A stretch of 35,899 nt of DNA from Octopus bimaculoides (taxonomy: Eukaryota). Of this stretch, positions 1 to 12,486 are shown piece by piece (position 1 is the stretch's first letter; the number at the start of each line of letters is the position of its first letter). A model generated the notes under the pieces. That model did not search any database. It was not told where the DNA came from and was given only the letters and a program-made list of their open reading frames with translations. The stretch spans positions 33,315,756 to 33,351,654 of the forward strand of contig NC_069005.1 of NCBI RefSeq assembly GCF_001194135.2, given 5' to 3'. The position numbers and the translations under genes are program-made.

Positions 1-635
1 GTTTTGAAAAAAAAAAATCTTTTTTAAAGAAATAAACATGAGTTAACTTCTAGTTGCTTCTTGGGTGGGGGTGGGGGTGGGAAGATTTTGTTTTTGTTTT
101 GTCTTGTTTTTTTGTTACTGCTGTTTAGCCCAAGGTCTACCTTGATTTTGCAATTAATTAAAACACAATTAGGCAGGCTCTGATGATGAGGAGGAATAAT
201 AAGAAAAAACATGAGGTGGTCATGGCTGAGATGTTTTTTGATCATATCAAAAGACACTTCAGCCATGACCACCTCATTTTTTTGTTCTTTCAACTACAGT
301 TTTTAATGTCCTTCATTTATTTACGATGGTAGACTGTGAGCTCAGTGAGATTTAGCTGCTATTTCTAGCAAGTTGAGTGACCACCTAGAAGTTCCATCTC
401 GGCCTTGTTGGTCTTCTTGTTGTTGTTAAGGTGCTGTGGGTAGTCGAATCAGTGAAATGCTGTGTTGTGATATTTAGCTACGACCCTTTATGTTCCGAAT
501 TCAAATTCTGCTGCAGTCGTCTTTGATTTTTAACCCTTTCAGGGTCCGTATAAACTTGTACAAGTCATATACAGGAGGGAAGGGGGTAGTTACGCTGTAT
601 ATTATATTCTTCTTCCCACCATCATAATATACATG

Positions 636-790
636 GTAGCTGTTTAGCCCTAGGTCAGCCAATATGACCAAAGACATTCCATCCTTTCCCATCCTGTCTT
701 TTCAGACATTATCGGACATGTCCTTCCTTTCTAAAAGATAGTAGGGTTTGATTTGAGCCAGCTTTGGCTGCTTTTTCTAGCATGTCTGAC
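636..790. repeat. Interspersed non-coding repeat (GTTTAGCCCxAGGTC...GACATTCC...TTTGGCTGCTxTTTCTAGCA family); related pieces near 120-420, 5535-5640, 5720-5790, 6650-6725
   Basis: The same motifs (gtttagccc, caaagacattcca/catagacgttcca, tttagctgctatttctagca) recur at several places in the window; family not assigned. Confidence 0.5.
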
Positions 791-1309
791 AATTGTATAG
801 AAGTTTCCTTGTAGACTCATTGCTGTCATTATTTAAGATAGTCAACAGTTGGTTTATAGCAGAACCAGTGGAGCCCCAGACAAAGCACCAAGTGATATTT
901 TGTGACATTCTTTTAGATTCCAAGTTCAAATCTCTCCAAGGTGAACTTAGCCATTCATCAGGATACAGTTTGGACTGTTTCATCAGTCAATGATTACTTA
1001 AATTCATGGAGGACAGGTACAAATAAATTTTGGTGAATATAATTTGCGTAATTAATAGAAGAAATAAAATGAGCAAAGGGGAAATAACCGAACTGTGCCA
1101 ATGCCACAAATATTAATGAATAATTAAAAAGATGATGTTCTGAATTGTGTGTGTAGAGAATATTCTCAATTAATCAGAATACAATTAGGCAGCGTTTGAT
1201 GGTGATGAGGTCTAATAGACTGAAACATGCCCATAGTTGTCCCCCTTGCCTGCAAACAAACATCAGATATTGACTGTTTCCCACACAACTATGTTAAACT
1301 TTAGATGGC

Positions 1310-1480
1310 AAACATCATCATCATCATCACATCATCATCATCACATCATCATCATCATCATCATTGTTGAGTGTCTATCTTCCATGCTGGTTTGGGATGA
1401 TCTGATGACCCAGAGGAGAGGACCAAGCTCTGCTGTCTTAGGGGTTCTCCAGCTGGATGCCCTTCTCAATGCCCTTTCCA
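1310..1480 (-). mobile_element. Degenerate 3' end of the RTE-type LINE family ((CAT)n tail, tccatgctgg..., ctggatgcccttc)
   Basis: Shares tccatgctgg and ctggatgcccttc motifs plus the (CAT)n tail with the clearer copy at 24830-25085. Confidence 0.45.
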
Positions 1481-1800
1481 ACTCCTTTCCAGAATGTTCT
1501 GGGCTTTTGGTTATTCTGTGTTGCCATGACTCAGCCAAGTCCAGGAATACAATTCAAAGTTTTTGTTTTTGTTTTGTTTTTATATTTGTTTGTTTGCTTT
1601 TGTTATTTTGTCTCTTTTTTTTTATTTGTTTTTACTTGTTTTTGTTTGTTATTACTAATTACTGCATGAGAAAGGACAGGCACATAGCCTTCAATTTAGT
1701 TTACTTTTTTTTTATATATATCTTAAATGTAAATTATGCAATGGTGGATCAGGATTAACGATAGGAAATCAACACCACATTTTAATTTATATCACTTTAA

Positions 1801-1864
<64 letters not shown>

Positions 1865-2361
1865 NNNNNNNNNNNNNNNNNNNNNNNNNNNNNNNNNNNN
1901 NNNNNNNNNNNNNNNNNNNNNNNNNNNNNNNNNNNNNNNNNNNNNNNNNNNNNNNNNNNNNNNNNNNNNNNNNNNNNNNNNNNNNNNNNNNNNNNNNNNN
2001 NNNNNNNNNNNNNNNNNNNNNNNNNNNNNNNNNNNNNNNNNNNNNNNNNNNNNNNNNNNNNNNNNNNNNNNNNNNNNNNNNNNNNNNNNNNNNNNNNNNN
2101 NNNNNNNNNNNNNNNNNNNNNNNNNNNNNNNNNNNNNNNNNNNNNNNNNNNNNNNNNNNNNNNNNNNNNNNNNNNNNNNNNNNNNNNNNNNNNNNNNNNN
2201 NNNNNNNNNNNNNNNNNNNNNNNNNNNNNNNNNNNNNNNNNNNNNNNNNNNNNNNNNNNNNNNNNNNNNNNNNNNNNNNNNNNNNNNNNNNNNNNNNNNN
2301 NNNNNNNNNNNNNNNNNNNNNNNNNNNNNNNNNNNNNNACTTAAGTGGCAATATACTACAC

Positions 2362-2398
<37 letters not shown>

Positions 2399-2412
2399 AT
2401 CTACACACACAT

Positions 2413-2447
<35 letters not shown>

Positions 2448-2449
<2 letters not shown>

Positions 2450-3160
2450 CAAGGGGTGCTGAAAGATTCCTGGTTTTGAGACATGTGTGATCTTAGTGCT
2501 GTACTTGCGCTATACAAAAACACAACTTAGGTTTCATGGCATGGGAGCCATTTTCACACTTTTACACTGAAAGTATTTACAAAAGCTTTAACACTTAAGG
2601 AAAAGAGGGCATAACTTATTAAAATTACCAGTTTCACCCCTTTTTTTCCCCTTCAGTGTTGAGGTTAATGTTGGTAAGAAGCTTTTGACCCTTTTATAGA
2701 CACAATTTCCACCAAGTCATCAATACAGGAAGGTTTTTAAAAAGCTATAGAAACCAGCCGCAGTTGTTCCACCAAGATGTAAATATTTATTCCCAGGAAA
2801 CCAATCGAACATGATGTTCTGGATTGTTCGTGATCGTTCATCCAACTATGCAATGAAGTGAAATTTACCTCAAACATACCACATCCACCACATCACTTCC
2901 ATCAGACATGGGGAATGGTTGAAGACAAAAATTCAATGAACCGTTTTATAACTTCAACACCATCTTCAGGTACATCATGGCCAACCATATTTGGAAACTG
3001 AGGAGCTCAGTACAGATATTTGGTATCAGATGGAAAAATTCTTGAAACATCCAAAACTGTATGCCAATGGAACAAGGAAAGGCCAACGTTTTATCCTTGG
3101 CATACAGTTGACTACCCTCCAGTTTAAACAGACATTTACATTACACCCCTGTCTATAATC
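2448..3160 (-). mobile_element. Highly degenerate Tc1/mariner-like DNA transposon relic
   Basis: TA followed by mariner-like end TACAAGGGGTGCTGAAAG at ~2448; the minus strand gives stop-riddled text (GSDVW..., GKFHFI..., FPGNKY) loosely resembling the Tc1 DDE region; assignment weak. Confidence 0.3.
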
Positions 3161-3614
3161 TAGATACTGCCCTCTCTCTTACATAAACATATTTTCAGAC
3201 AGAAATATTACTCACGAAATATCCTTTATACAAATCAACGGAACTTCTCCTGTTAGACAACACATTGCAAATCCGGCAAAATTCAGCATTTTTCTATCAC
3301 TTTACGAATTCGCTTTTTTCTTCCCTTGCAAATGAACTTGCAATCTAAGGGAAGTAACTTGCCTGACAAGATTGTGAGTAACGGCTCTTAGTTAACACTT
3401 AGGCTCTCTTCTTTTTCTCTGATTTTCTCTTTTTTCTTTGGCCTAACGAATTGGATGATGAACAGAGTTGGCGTTTATTACAAACTGTAAATAGCTGATG
3501 TGCCATTAAACTTGAGTAACGTGGGGTTATTTTAAGTACAGCGTAAAACCTCTTGTATATCTGTGTGTGTTTGTGCGCAGTAATACATCAGACTTTTGAT
3601 CTTATATATACACA

Positions 3615-3645
<31 letters not shown>

Positions 3646-3661
3646 CACAATATATATATAC

Positions 3662-3715
<54 letters not shown>

Positions 3716-4365
3716 CACAATATATATACACAATATATATATATATGTATAATGCAGTAGGATTGACAAAAGAAATTAATGCAACAACAGCTAACTTAAA
3801 CAGAGACTCTGTGAGGTTAAAAGCATCGTCAGAAACCTGGAGAAAAACACTTGGGGCACCAAAGTGTGAGTTAAGAAAAAGAAGACCGCCAAATTTTGTA
3901 TTGTCCTTAAAGACTTGCAGGATGCCATTGAAGCAACAGCTTGAACCAATGACCATAATTAGAGGCTGTAGGTTGATTTGGTGAGAACCCATCTCCACTC
4001 TTTGTAATTCACTGAGTTCACTCAGGCATTGGGTGAATTGAGAAATTACAGGTAAACTGAACAAAGAAGGAAGAACCATCATTTACGAAGACCAGAATAG
4101 AATCTAGTGGAGTGCCTTTGTTGATTCTGGATGAATACCTTACATGGTATACACAACCAACTCTGTCCAAAAGAAAGTTCTTTGTAGCATTGCAAGGGAT
4201 AGAGATGCAGCTCTCACAGTTTTAACCTTCCATGCTTTACATATATGTCCAAATGAATTGACCATGTGAATAAACACACACACACATGTATGTGTGTGTG
4301 TGTGTGTGTGTGTATATTTATGCATATATACACTTATACACTAGTTTATCAAAGTGTTTGTGTCA

Positions 4366-4475
4366 TCATCGTCTTCATCATCTAACATCCACTTTCTCTT
4401 GCTTGCATGGGTCAGATGGAATTTGTTGAGACAGATTTTCTATGGCTGGGTGCCCTTCCTGTCACCAACCCTCAC
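4366..4475 (-). mobile_element. RTE-type LINE 3'-end fragment
   Basis: (CAT)n-like tail, gcatgggt and tttctatggctgggtgcccttcctgtcaccaacc match the 24830-25000 copy. Confidence 0.5.
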
Positions 4476-4599
4476 ATTCTTTCCAAGTAAGGTTTTGGAT
4501 GGAAGACTGGGTATGAATAACCTGGTTTCGATGGTTATGATGGTTGTATAACAACCATTACATGATGTCAAACAAACACAAAGGCCAAACAAACTGGTG

Positions 4600-4806
4600 C
4601 TCCATTGGTTATGCCGACTCGTATTCCACTTGATCCGATCAATGGAACAGCCTGCTCGTGAAATTAACATACAAGTGGCTGAGTACTCCACAGACATGCA
4701 TGCCCTTAATATAGTTCTCCTGGAGATTCAGCATGACACAGAGTGTAGTAACGCTGGCCCTTTCAAATACAGGTGAGTGGACTGGAGCAATGTGGAATAA
4801 AGTATT
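4600..4806 (-). mobile_element. SINE family C body fragment
   Basis: Ends in ctggagcaatgtggaataaagt, the complement of the region expected just after the tRNA-like head seen at 34955; internal sequence assigned from recall of this family. Confidence 0.45.
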
Positions 4807-4824
4807 GATGGGTTTATGTTCTTG

Positions 4825-4935
4825 TAAAAAGAGACTGATAGAAGTACCAGACTTTAAAAAAGAGAAATAAGGATTGGGTTTAATTCCTTCGACTAAAAGT
4901 TCTTTGAGGTGATGCCCCAGCATTGCCACAGTTGA
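4825..4935 (+). mobile_element. SINE family A, 3' half (degenerate)
   Basis: aagagactgatagaagtacc...cgactaaaa...ggtgatgccccagcattgccacag matches the 3' half of the full copy at 12487-12895. Confidence 0.65.
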
Positions 4936-5308
4936 ATACATTACTATTTCTTGGTTAATTTTATCGTCTGTTATATCCACACTGGCATGGGTTGGGAGGA
5001 TACTTATTTGAAACTATACGATTGGATACTCTACCTGTTCCCAACCCTTACCAATTTATCGATTAAGGGATTTACGTTTTATTCATCTCGAATTGGAAAG
5101 CATGGAACTGGGGAATGTATTGTTCATGGGAATGTTAACATTCACTCTCTCACACACGCATCAAAATGTAGAAAACGGATTCCATACGCATCCCGTCTAC
5201 CATTTCCACTTGTGTTGTACACATATTTCATAGGTTTTTAGCTGTGTTATCTCCCTTGCCTCACGCCCCCCACTTTTTTGTTGTTGTTTGTGTGTAGTCT
5301 CCCTTAGA

Positions 5309-5404
5309 ATATTCTTTTCTTTTCTACTCTAGGCACAAGGCCCGAAATTTGGGGGGAGGGGGGGCAGTCGATTAGATCGACCCCAGTACGCAACTGGTAC
5401 TTAA
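5309..5404 (-). mobile_element. SINE family B, 3' part
   Basis: Reverse complement of the 28450-28540 segment (ctactctaggcacaaggcc...gatcgaccccagta...ctggtacttaatt). Confidence 0.75.
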
Positions 5405-5555
5405 TTCTCCCTTAGACTATTATGTCAGAGATAATTTCAGTTTTAAAGATAACAGTTTCAATTCTGTTCACTCTTTTTTTCATCTTTGTTTCCTCATAAT
5501 GGTGGTTGGGGTGGATGAGGGTGAAGGCGACCGCGTGTTTTAGCCCCTGATCAAC

Positions 5556-5617
5556 CATGACCCTTTATCATAGACGTTCCAGGCATGACCCTTTATCATA
5601 GACGTTCCAGGCATGAC
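5556..5617. repeat. Perfect 28-bp tandem duplication (catgaccctttatcatagacgttccagg x2 + catgac)
   Basis: Read directly: 5556-5583 is identical to 5584-5611. Confidence 0.95.
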
Positions 5618-5815
5618 AATCCCATCTTTGTTTTCTTCTGGACACTGTGAACCAAGAATTCCATATTCCACATGATGATGATGGTGGTGGTGCATGTAAT
5701 GACAATGAAGTAATGACTTGTTTAGCCTCAGGTCAACTCAGATCAACTATACCTATGATCAAAAGACAGTCCAGCTTTGACCATCTCATCATTTTTATTT
5801 TACAATTATGGTATT

Positions 5816-5854
5816 CAGTAATCTCTCGACTGACATAGGTGTTACATTCCAAAC
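5816..5854 (+). mobile_element. Tigger/pogo-like terminal sequence, truncated by gap
   Basis: cagtaatctctcgact...gtgttacattccaaa matches 20062-20100. Confidence 0.45.
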
Positions 5855-6447
5855 NNNNNNNNNNNNNNNNNNNNNNNNNNNNNNNNNNNNNNNNNNNNNN
5901 NNNNNNNNNNNNNNNNNNNNNNNNNNNNNNNNNNNNNNNNNNNNNNNNNNNNNNNNNNNNNNNNNNNNNNNNNNNNNNNNNNNNNNNNNNNNNNNNNNNN
6001 NNNNNNNNNNNNNNNNNNNNNNNNNNNNNNNNNNNNNNNNNNNNNNNNNNNNNNNNNNNNNNNNNNNNNNNNNNNNNNNNNNNNNNNNNNNNNNNNNNNN
6101 NNNNNNNNNNNNNNNNNNNNNNNNNNNNNNNNNNNNNNNNNNNNNNNNNNNNNNNNNNNNNNNNNNNNNNNNNNNNNNNNNNNNNNNNNNNNNNNNNNNN
6201 NNNNNNNNNNNNNNNNNNNNNNNNNNNNNNNNNNNNNNNNNNNNNNNNNNNNNNNNNNNNNNNNNNNNNNNNNNNNNNNNNNNNNNNNNNNNNNNNNNNN
6301 NNNNNNNNNNNNNNNNNNNNNNNNNNNNNNNNNNNNNNNNNNNNNNNNNNNNNNNNNNNNNNNNNNNNNNNNNNNNNNNNNNNNNNNNNNNNNNNNNNNN
6401 NNNNNNNNNNNNNNNNNNNNNNNNNNNNNNNNTATATATATATATAT

Positions 6448-6477
<30 letters not shown>

Positions 6478-6479
<2 letters not shown>

Positions 6480-6563
6480 CTGGAGCCTGGTGTTGCCATC
6501 CGGTTTCACCAGTCCTCAGTCAAATCGTCCAACCCATGCTAGCATGGAAAGCGGACGTTAAAC

Positions 6564-6594
<31 letters not shown>
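6478..6594 (+). mobile_element. RTE-type LINE 3' end with (GAT)n tail
   Basis: ggagcctgg...ccagtcctcagtcaaatcgtccaacccatgctagcatggaaagcggacgttaaacgatgatgat; same as 26770-26878. Confidence 0.75.
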
Positions 6595-6625
<31 letters not shown>

Positions 6626-6878
6626 ATCACATCATGTAGTGTATCTTTCTTTTTTTAAGAAGATTAGATAAGATTTGAGGAAAGTTTGGCTGCCATTTCA
6701 AGCAGATTTGGAGACCTCATAAAGGCTCTGTTTTACATTGCTGGTAATGATGATCATGATGATAATGATGGTGTTAATGGTGTTTTATAACATTGCTGTC
6801 CCTTGATATGTTTGTTTTTTTGGTTTCCCAACACAAAACATTTCTACAACAACAATAACATGTGTTGTTTCTCTTCAG

Positions 6879-7013
6879 ATCCTGTCATTTGCGAGCAACA
6901 CACTTCCTGTTTTATTCCACCAACAGAACAAGTGGTCAAAGGGCGATGTTGTGGTACAATTTGTTATTAACAGATACCAACCAACCACCTGGGACTGGGT
7001 CGGTCTTTATAAG
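6879..7013 (+). CDS. INPP5K: Internal coding exon, N-terminal half of SKICH domain (ILSFASNTLPVLFHQQNKWSKGDVVVQFVINRYQPTTWDWVGLYK); likely inositol polyphosphate 5-phosphatase K/J-like
   Basis: ttcag acceptor, AAG|GTAAAT donor, 135 nt phase 0/0; WDWVGLYK is the SKICH hallmark (human INPP5K WDWIGLYK); catalytic exons not found in the window. Confidence 0.75.
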
Positions 7014-7069
7014 GTAAATTACCTCCATCTTTCTTCTTTCCCTAGCATATCTCTCTCTCTCATATATAT

Positions 7070-7155
7070 CACACATCACTGTATAATATATACCAGAATC
7101 TCACATATTACTGCATGATGTACACCAGAATCTCACATATCACTGTATAATATAT
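7070..7155. repeat. ~31-bp degenerate tandem repeat, about 2.5-3 copies, in the short intron
   Basis: accagaatctcacatat(t/c)actg(c/t)at(g/a)at repeated. Confidence 0.75.
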
Positions 7156-7240
7156 AGCTGTATGTATATCATATGGTTGTCTATAATGTATGACACTTGA
7201 TTGTATAATCTTCTACATTTTCCCATTCTTTAATTTACAG

Positions 7241-7426
7241 GAAGATTTCACCAACATCAATAACTATGAGGACTTTGAATATGTGGTGCCCCACAGCAAG
7301 GGGTCGGAGGAACCATTAAAAGTGACATTTCTGCTGAGCAAATTTAGACATTTGCGAGGAAAACATATTTTACTGTATATTGGAACCTACAAGAATACCA
7401 TGTTGGGGCTGAGCAATGTGTTTTTG
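7241..7426 (+). CDS. INPP5K: Coding exon, C-terminal half of SKICH domain (EDFTNINNYEDFEYVVPH...KHILLYIGTYKNTMLGLSNVFL)
   Basis: tttacag acceptor, TTG|GTGAGG donor, 186 nt phase 0/0, in frame with the previous exon; matches the pattern xxLLCYYS...VGIS.PF of INPP5K SKICH. Confidence 0.75.
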
Positions 7427-7449
7427 GTGAGGAGACGTTTCTTTTTTTT

Positions 7450-7684
7450 ATTCTTTTACTTGTTTCAGTCATTTTACTGCGGCCATGCTGGAGCACTGCC
7501 TTGAAGGGTTTTAGTCGAGCAAATCAACCCCCAGAACGTTTTTTTTAAAGCCTAGTACTTATTCTATCAGTCTCTTTTGCTGGACTGCTAAGTTATGGGG
7601 ATGTAAACACACCAACACCGGTTGTCAAGTGGTGATTTGGATGACAAACACAGATACAAAGACACATACAAATATATGTATATA
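7450..7684 (-). mobile_element. SINE family A, 3' half (antisense, starts ~25 nt after the exon donor, cut by gap)
   Basis: Reverse complement of 12690-12895. Confidence 0.85.
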
Positions 7685-8250
7685 NNNNNNNNNNNNNNNN
7701 NNNNNNNNNNNNNNNNNNNNNNNNNNNNNNNNNNNNNNNNNNNNNNNNNNNNNNNNNNNNNNNNNNNNNNNNNNNNNNNNNNNNNNNNNNNNNNNNNNNN
7801 NNNNNNNNNNNNNNNNNNNNNNNNNNNNNNNNNNNNNNNNNNNNNNNNNNNNNNNNNNNNNNNNNNNNNNNNNNNNNNNNNNNNNNNNNNNNNNNNNNNN
7901 NNNNNNNNNNNNNNNNNNNNNNNNNNNNNNNNNNNNNNNNNNNNNNNNNNNNNNNNNNNNNNNNNNNNNNNNNNNNNNNNNNNNNNNNNNNNNNNNNNNN
8001 NNNNNNNNNNNNNNNNNNNNNNNNNNNNNNNNNNNNNNNNNNNNNNNNNNNNNNNNNNNNNNNNNNNNNNNNNNNNNNNNNNNNNNNNNNNNNNNNNNNN
8101 NNNNNNNNNNNNNNNNNNNNNNNNNNNNNNNNNNNNNNNNNNNNNNNNNNNNNNNNNNNNNNNNNNNNNNNNNNNNNNNNNNNNNNNNNNNNNNNNNNNN
8201 NNNNNNNNNNNNNNNNNNNNNNNNNNNNNNNNNNNNNNNNNNNNNNNNNN

Positions 8251-8282
<32 letters not shown>

Positions 8283-8339
8283 GACACAATATATCACTAT
8301 TGGTACGGTATTTTAGATATATATGATTAATACAATGTT

Positions 8340-8420
8340 GGCAAAATTTGAACTCAGAACATACAGATGGACGAAATGGCACTAACCATTTTGCCTGGTA
8401 TGCTTACAGTTCTGCCAGCT
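8340..8420 (-). mobile_element. SINE family B, 5' head fragment
   Basis: aatttgaactcagaacat...gaaat...ctgccagctcactgc matches 29440-29524. Confidence 0.7.
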
Positions 8421-8950
8421 CACTGCTTTAGTATACTGTGCCTTAGTATGGTACATTCTTAGAAAGCAGTCAATATGTTATGAGGCAATCATACGGAACA
8501 CACACACACACAAATATATATATATATGTAAATACAGTAATAACCTGATAGAGGATTTGTTCAGCTTTAAGTTCGAGCTGGTATGTTGTCGTCTGTACAG
8601 CAATTATTTTTATTTTCTCAGCAATGAACTATTTATTGCTGTAAGTTGCTATAGTTTTGTTGCTACAATGTGTGCCAGTAAGAGGCTAGAATGTTTTTGT
8701 TGTTGTTGTTGTTGTTGTTGTTTGAGAGACGAAATATCTTCTGAAGCTGGCATGGTTGATAAAAGACAGAAATGGCAAGAGGGTGTCAGGTATCTGTAGA
8801 CAAATAAAGGTTCTGTTAAAATAGATCTCTTGTAAGTGCATGTATGTATGTATGTGTGCATGTGTATATGCAGAGAAAGGAAGATGCATACTGACAGCAG
8901 CTGTTTGTATATGCAAGCATGTATACAACATATGCACTTGTAATTGATTG

Positions 8951-8999
<49 letters not shown>

Positions 9000-9396
9000 A
9001 TGTATACATATGTACATACATACTTGTATTTGTTTGTATTATGTGTGTGNNNNNNNNNNNNNNNNNNNNNNNNNNNNNNNNNNNNNNNNNNNNNNNNNNN
9101 NNNNNNNNNNNNNNNNNNNNNNNNNNNNNNNNNNNNNNNNNNNNNNNNNNNNNNNNNNNNNNNNNNNNNNNNNNNNNNNNNNNNNNNNNNNNNNNNNNNN
9201 NNNNNNNNNNNNNNNNNNNNNNNNNNNNNNNNNNNNNNNNNNNNNNNNNNNNNNNNNNNNNNNNNNNNNNNNNNNNNNNNNNNNNNNNNNNNNNNNNNNN
9301 NNNNNNNNNNNNNNNNTTATCATGACCATAACATCAAGTTATATATTATTTTCACATGCTGATACACACATACACTTATATTTGTGCATATATGTA

Positions 9397-9440
<44 letters not shown>

Positions 9441-9555
9441 AACAGCTCCCAGAAAGCTACAGATATAGTACCACTGTACACATTCCAACCCTACAAGAAG
9501 ACCAACCCATACACCATACTCACATTTCCAGAAAACTCTTGAACCCTTGTGAAGG

Positions 9556-9782
9556 TAACTTTTTAGTAGTCAAATTATTCTGTTAAATGTGATGTTTGTT
9601 TATTAGCAATCTCTTGAATTAATCATGCATTATCTTGTAGTTTAGAAATTTCATTGATGTGATTGTTTAGTTTTAGAATGACTTTGTAGGGTAGGTGTGA
9701 GAGGCCAGATCTGGTCAGTTACAATATAAAACAGGCTAAATATTTTAGCTGGTTACAGCCAGTTTGAATGCTAAAGGTTTAA
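9556..9782. mobile_element. MITE with piggyBac-like (TTAA-CCCTTT-type) degenerate ends
   Basis: Right end aatgctaaaggtttaa, left end taactttttagt; the core gtagggtaggtgtgagaggcc(a/g)gatctgg is repeated at 35365-35395. Confidence 0.55.
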
Positions 9783-9871
9783 TATAAATAGACAAATGGC
9801 TTACACACATGTGTGTGTGTATACACACATACTTACTTATTTTTGATTATCTTTTTCTCTGTCTTTCACAG

Positions 9872-9883
9872 ATCAACCACTGA
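9872..9883 (+). CDS. INPP5K: Probable terminal coding exon (INH*) followed by 3' UTR
   Basis: Strong acceptor ctttttctctgtctttcacag, phase 0 continuation atc aac cac tga; vertebrate INPP5K likewise has an intron at the end of SKICH (recalled). Confidence 0.6.
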   Translation: MNH

Positions 9884-10590
9884 AGACCAAAAAACATGTG
9901 ATGTTGTGGAGTTCAGTCCGGTCTATTCTCCTTGGTGCTAACTGAGTCTGTTGGTTCATCTCTTTGATGTCGTCCAGACTTTCTCACAGAACATTGGTCC
10001 TTTGTCGTTGGTGTGTGTGGAAGCAGTGAGAGTCTCCTTCAACACCAACTCCCCCCCCCCTCCTTTCTCTCTCTCTCTCTCTCATGATCTCACCTCTTCC
10101 TCCTCCTTCTCTACTGAAATAGCCTGACTGATCTCTGGTTGTCTTTCGACACAGTGTGTATGTCAGTATGAACATAGAGGGATGGACGGATGTGTGTATG
10201 CGGATACACATGAGATGGGGGGTGGGCCGTACTCTCTTCATCTGTCTTGCAATCCTGACCATGTTACCATAACGACAGACTTTGTCTTTTTTTGTTTTAA
10301 ATTCCTTGACAACACTGCCACACATTCCCCACCCAAATGTTATTTTCTTACCCCCCCCCACACCACCATTTTATAATCTTCATACTTAATTCCATCATAC
10401 CCTTAAACTACCATATCTAAATCTCCCACCTTCATATATATATATACCTATAACATAAATGAGGGCATGCACTTCCATCCAGCATATCTGAAGAATTGTC
10501 AACATTGCTAAGTGCAACTGACGGTGCGAAACCATGGCATTTTTCTTGGGAAAACATTTACATTTATATGCAAGCATAAATGTTTACTCA

Positions 10591-10596
10591 AATAAA
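10591..10596 (+). terminator. Candidate AATAAA polyadenylation signal of the SKICH-domain gene
   Basis: AATAAA ~710 nt after the predicted stop, followed by a U/GU-rich stretch; not unique evidence. Confidence 0.3.
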
Positions 10597-11689
10597 ATTG
10601 CATTTCATGTTTGAAGCTCTGATGAAGCTGTAAGGTGATACACAAGCATTCAACTATGATTGCATTGCATCTCATAGCAGAAACAGCTGGAAGCTAATGA
10701 AATTCCTTACATCATTTTTTTATTCCTTTGTCATTTATTTAATTTCCTATTACTGTTCTGTATTTGACTAACATTTTTTTTTTCTGAAGCATATTTATAT
10801 TGAGTTCTCACACCAGGTTATTAATATCACTATGCATAAGCAAAATATAATATATATGTATATGCGTGTATATATACAGAGGGAGAGAGAATGAGTGTAT
10901 ATGTATGTTTTTAAAGTGTGTTCTGTTAAACTTTGGGAAACAATATAATAATGTAAAAATGTAAATACCCTCCAATCACTTTGTGTCTTGTTTAAGGCTT
11001 GGAACATAAATCTAAATTTCAAGGGCCAATGTTTATGTCCATATTTTAAGAGATGGTGCTTAACTGCCATTTTTAAGGGCCAATTCTTATCCCCTGTTTA
11101 AGGGCTGGTATTTAGCAACAAAGACCTTTTGACAGGATGCCTGGTTATTATTAAAGGCAAGATACCCATTTATTGTGGTGATCCATATTCTACCATTGAC
11201 AGCCAAGTGGACTGAGGAATTGTTTGTTGAATAAAGTGTTGTATCTGGGAGCACAACAGAACACCAACAGCAGTTTTGATCCCAGGACATCTAGGTTTGC
11301 AGATTTGGACCTTATCCACACAGACATTTCAGGTCTATACACAACATCTCACTTCCACTCAGACACCTCACCACTATTCACACACCCAATCTCTACTCAC
11401 ACAACCAGCCTCTACTCAAACATCTCGCCTCCACTCACATATCCCACTTCTACTCAGACAATAACATTTAGCAGTTGCTATGAGCTAGGGTCGTTCATTG
11501 CTTTTAAGGTTCTCATTGTTGCAAACAATGTATAGTTAGAAAATTTACTTTACAGCTTTATAGTTTTCTTGGTTCAGTCCTGTGTGTTTGTGAGGTAGAC
11601 ATAGGCACCCTCTCAGCCCACCCTCATTCCACCCTTGATCCTGCAGAACGTTCATGATGTGACAACTGAAAGAAGAAAGAGCTGCTGAG

Positions 11690-11810
11690 AGGAGTGAAGT
11701 GGAGTGCCTTGCTCAAGGACTCAACATGTTTTCTGCTGTAGGAATTGAAACCACGACTTTATAACTTTATGATCAAGAGCCGAACCCCCTAAACACTAGG
11801 ACATGCTCCC
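11690..11810 (-). mobile_element. SINE family C head (degenerate)
   Basis: gtgccttgctcaaggac...ggaattgaaacc...ccctaaacacta is the reverse complement of the 34955-35045 head. Confidence 0.6.
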
Positions 11811-12098
11811 TTTTCAGACTAAGAAATAAAACAAAGAATAAAAAAGAATCAAGACAAACCTAGGATGAGAATATTTTTTTAATTACTCATGAAATAAGAT
11901 AATATCTATATTTTTACAATCTCATATAAATCTATATTTCTAGATCTTTCCTTGAAAACCAAATTCTTTAGTTGTTTTAACCATCATAGACAATGTCATA
12001 TGGAAGTATTGCCAGCGCCATTCTGAGGAAGATACACTGCTGCTCCAAAAATACCCCCAAATCCTTGTTCTCTCTCTTTTTCTTCATATATAAACATG

Positions 12099-12188
<90 letters not shown>

Positions 12189-12486
12189 CCTGCTCACTTA
12201 GCCAGCAGAGTAGCATCATTTGAAAGCTAAAACAATGTGAAGTGCATTGTGACAAGTGTTGTATACCAACAGCTGATAGTCTGGTTGATATTGTGATACA
12301 TGCTTTGATCATTTAATTCAGACTCCTTTTTTTTTTGTCTCTCCTCATCAATCCATCCTGTAGAAGAGCATAGGCTCGAAACATTAAAGACTTCTATTTT
12401 TCTTCAGCATCAAACTAATACACCCTGTTTCTGTTCCTTCACTATGTCTTGGTGTTTTTTTTTGTATTTTTGGACCATGTATGTAT

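Noticed and set aside
793-1016. Possible upstream 5-phosphatase exon (acceptor near 916, donor near 1016)
   Set aside because: No frame contains 5-phosphatase motifs (GDLNYR, P.W.DRIL, SDH.PV). The catalytic exons are probably upstream of the window or in gaps.
3750-4260. Open stretches that could be exons
   Set aside because: Stops in all frames and no splice-bounded frame; at most a very decayed LINE-like remnant that I cannot assign.
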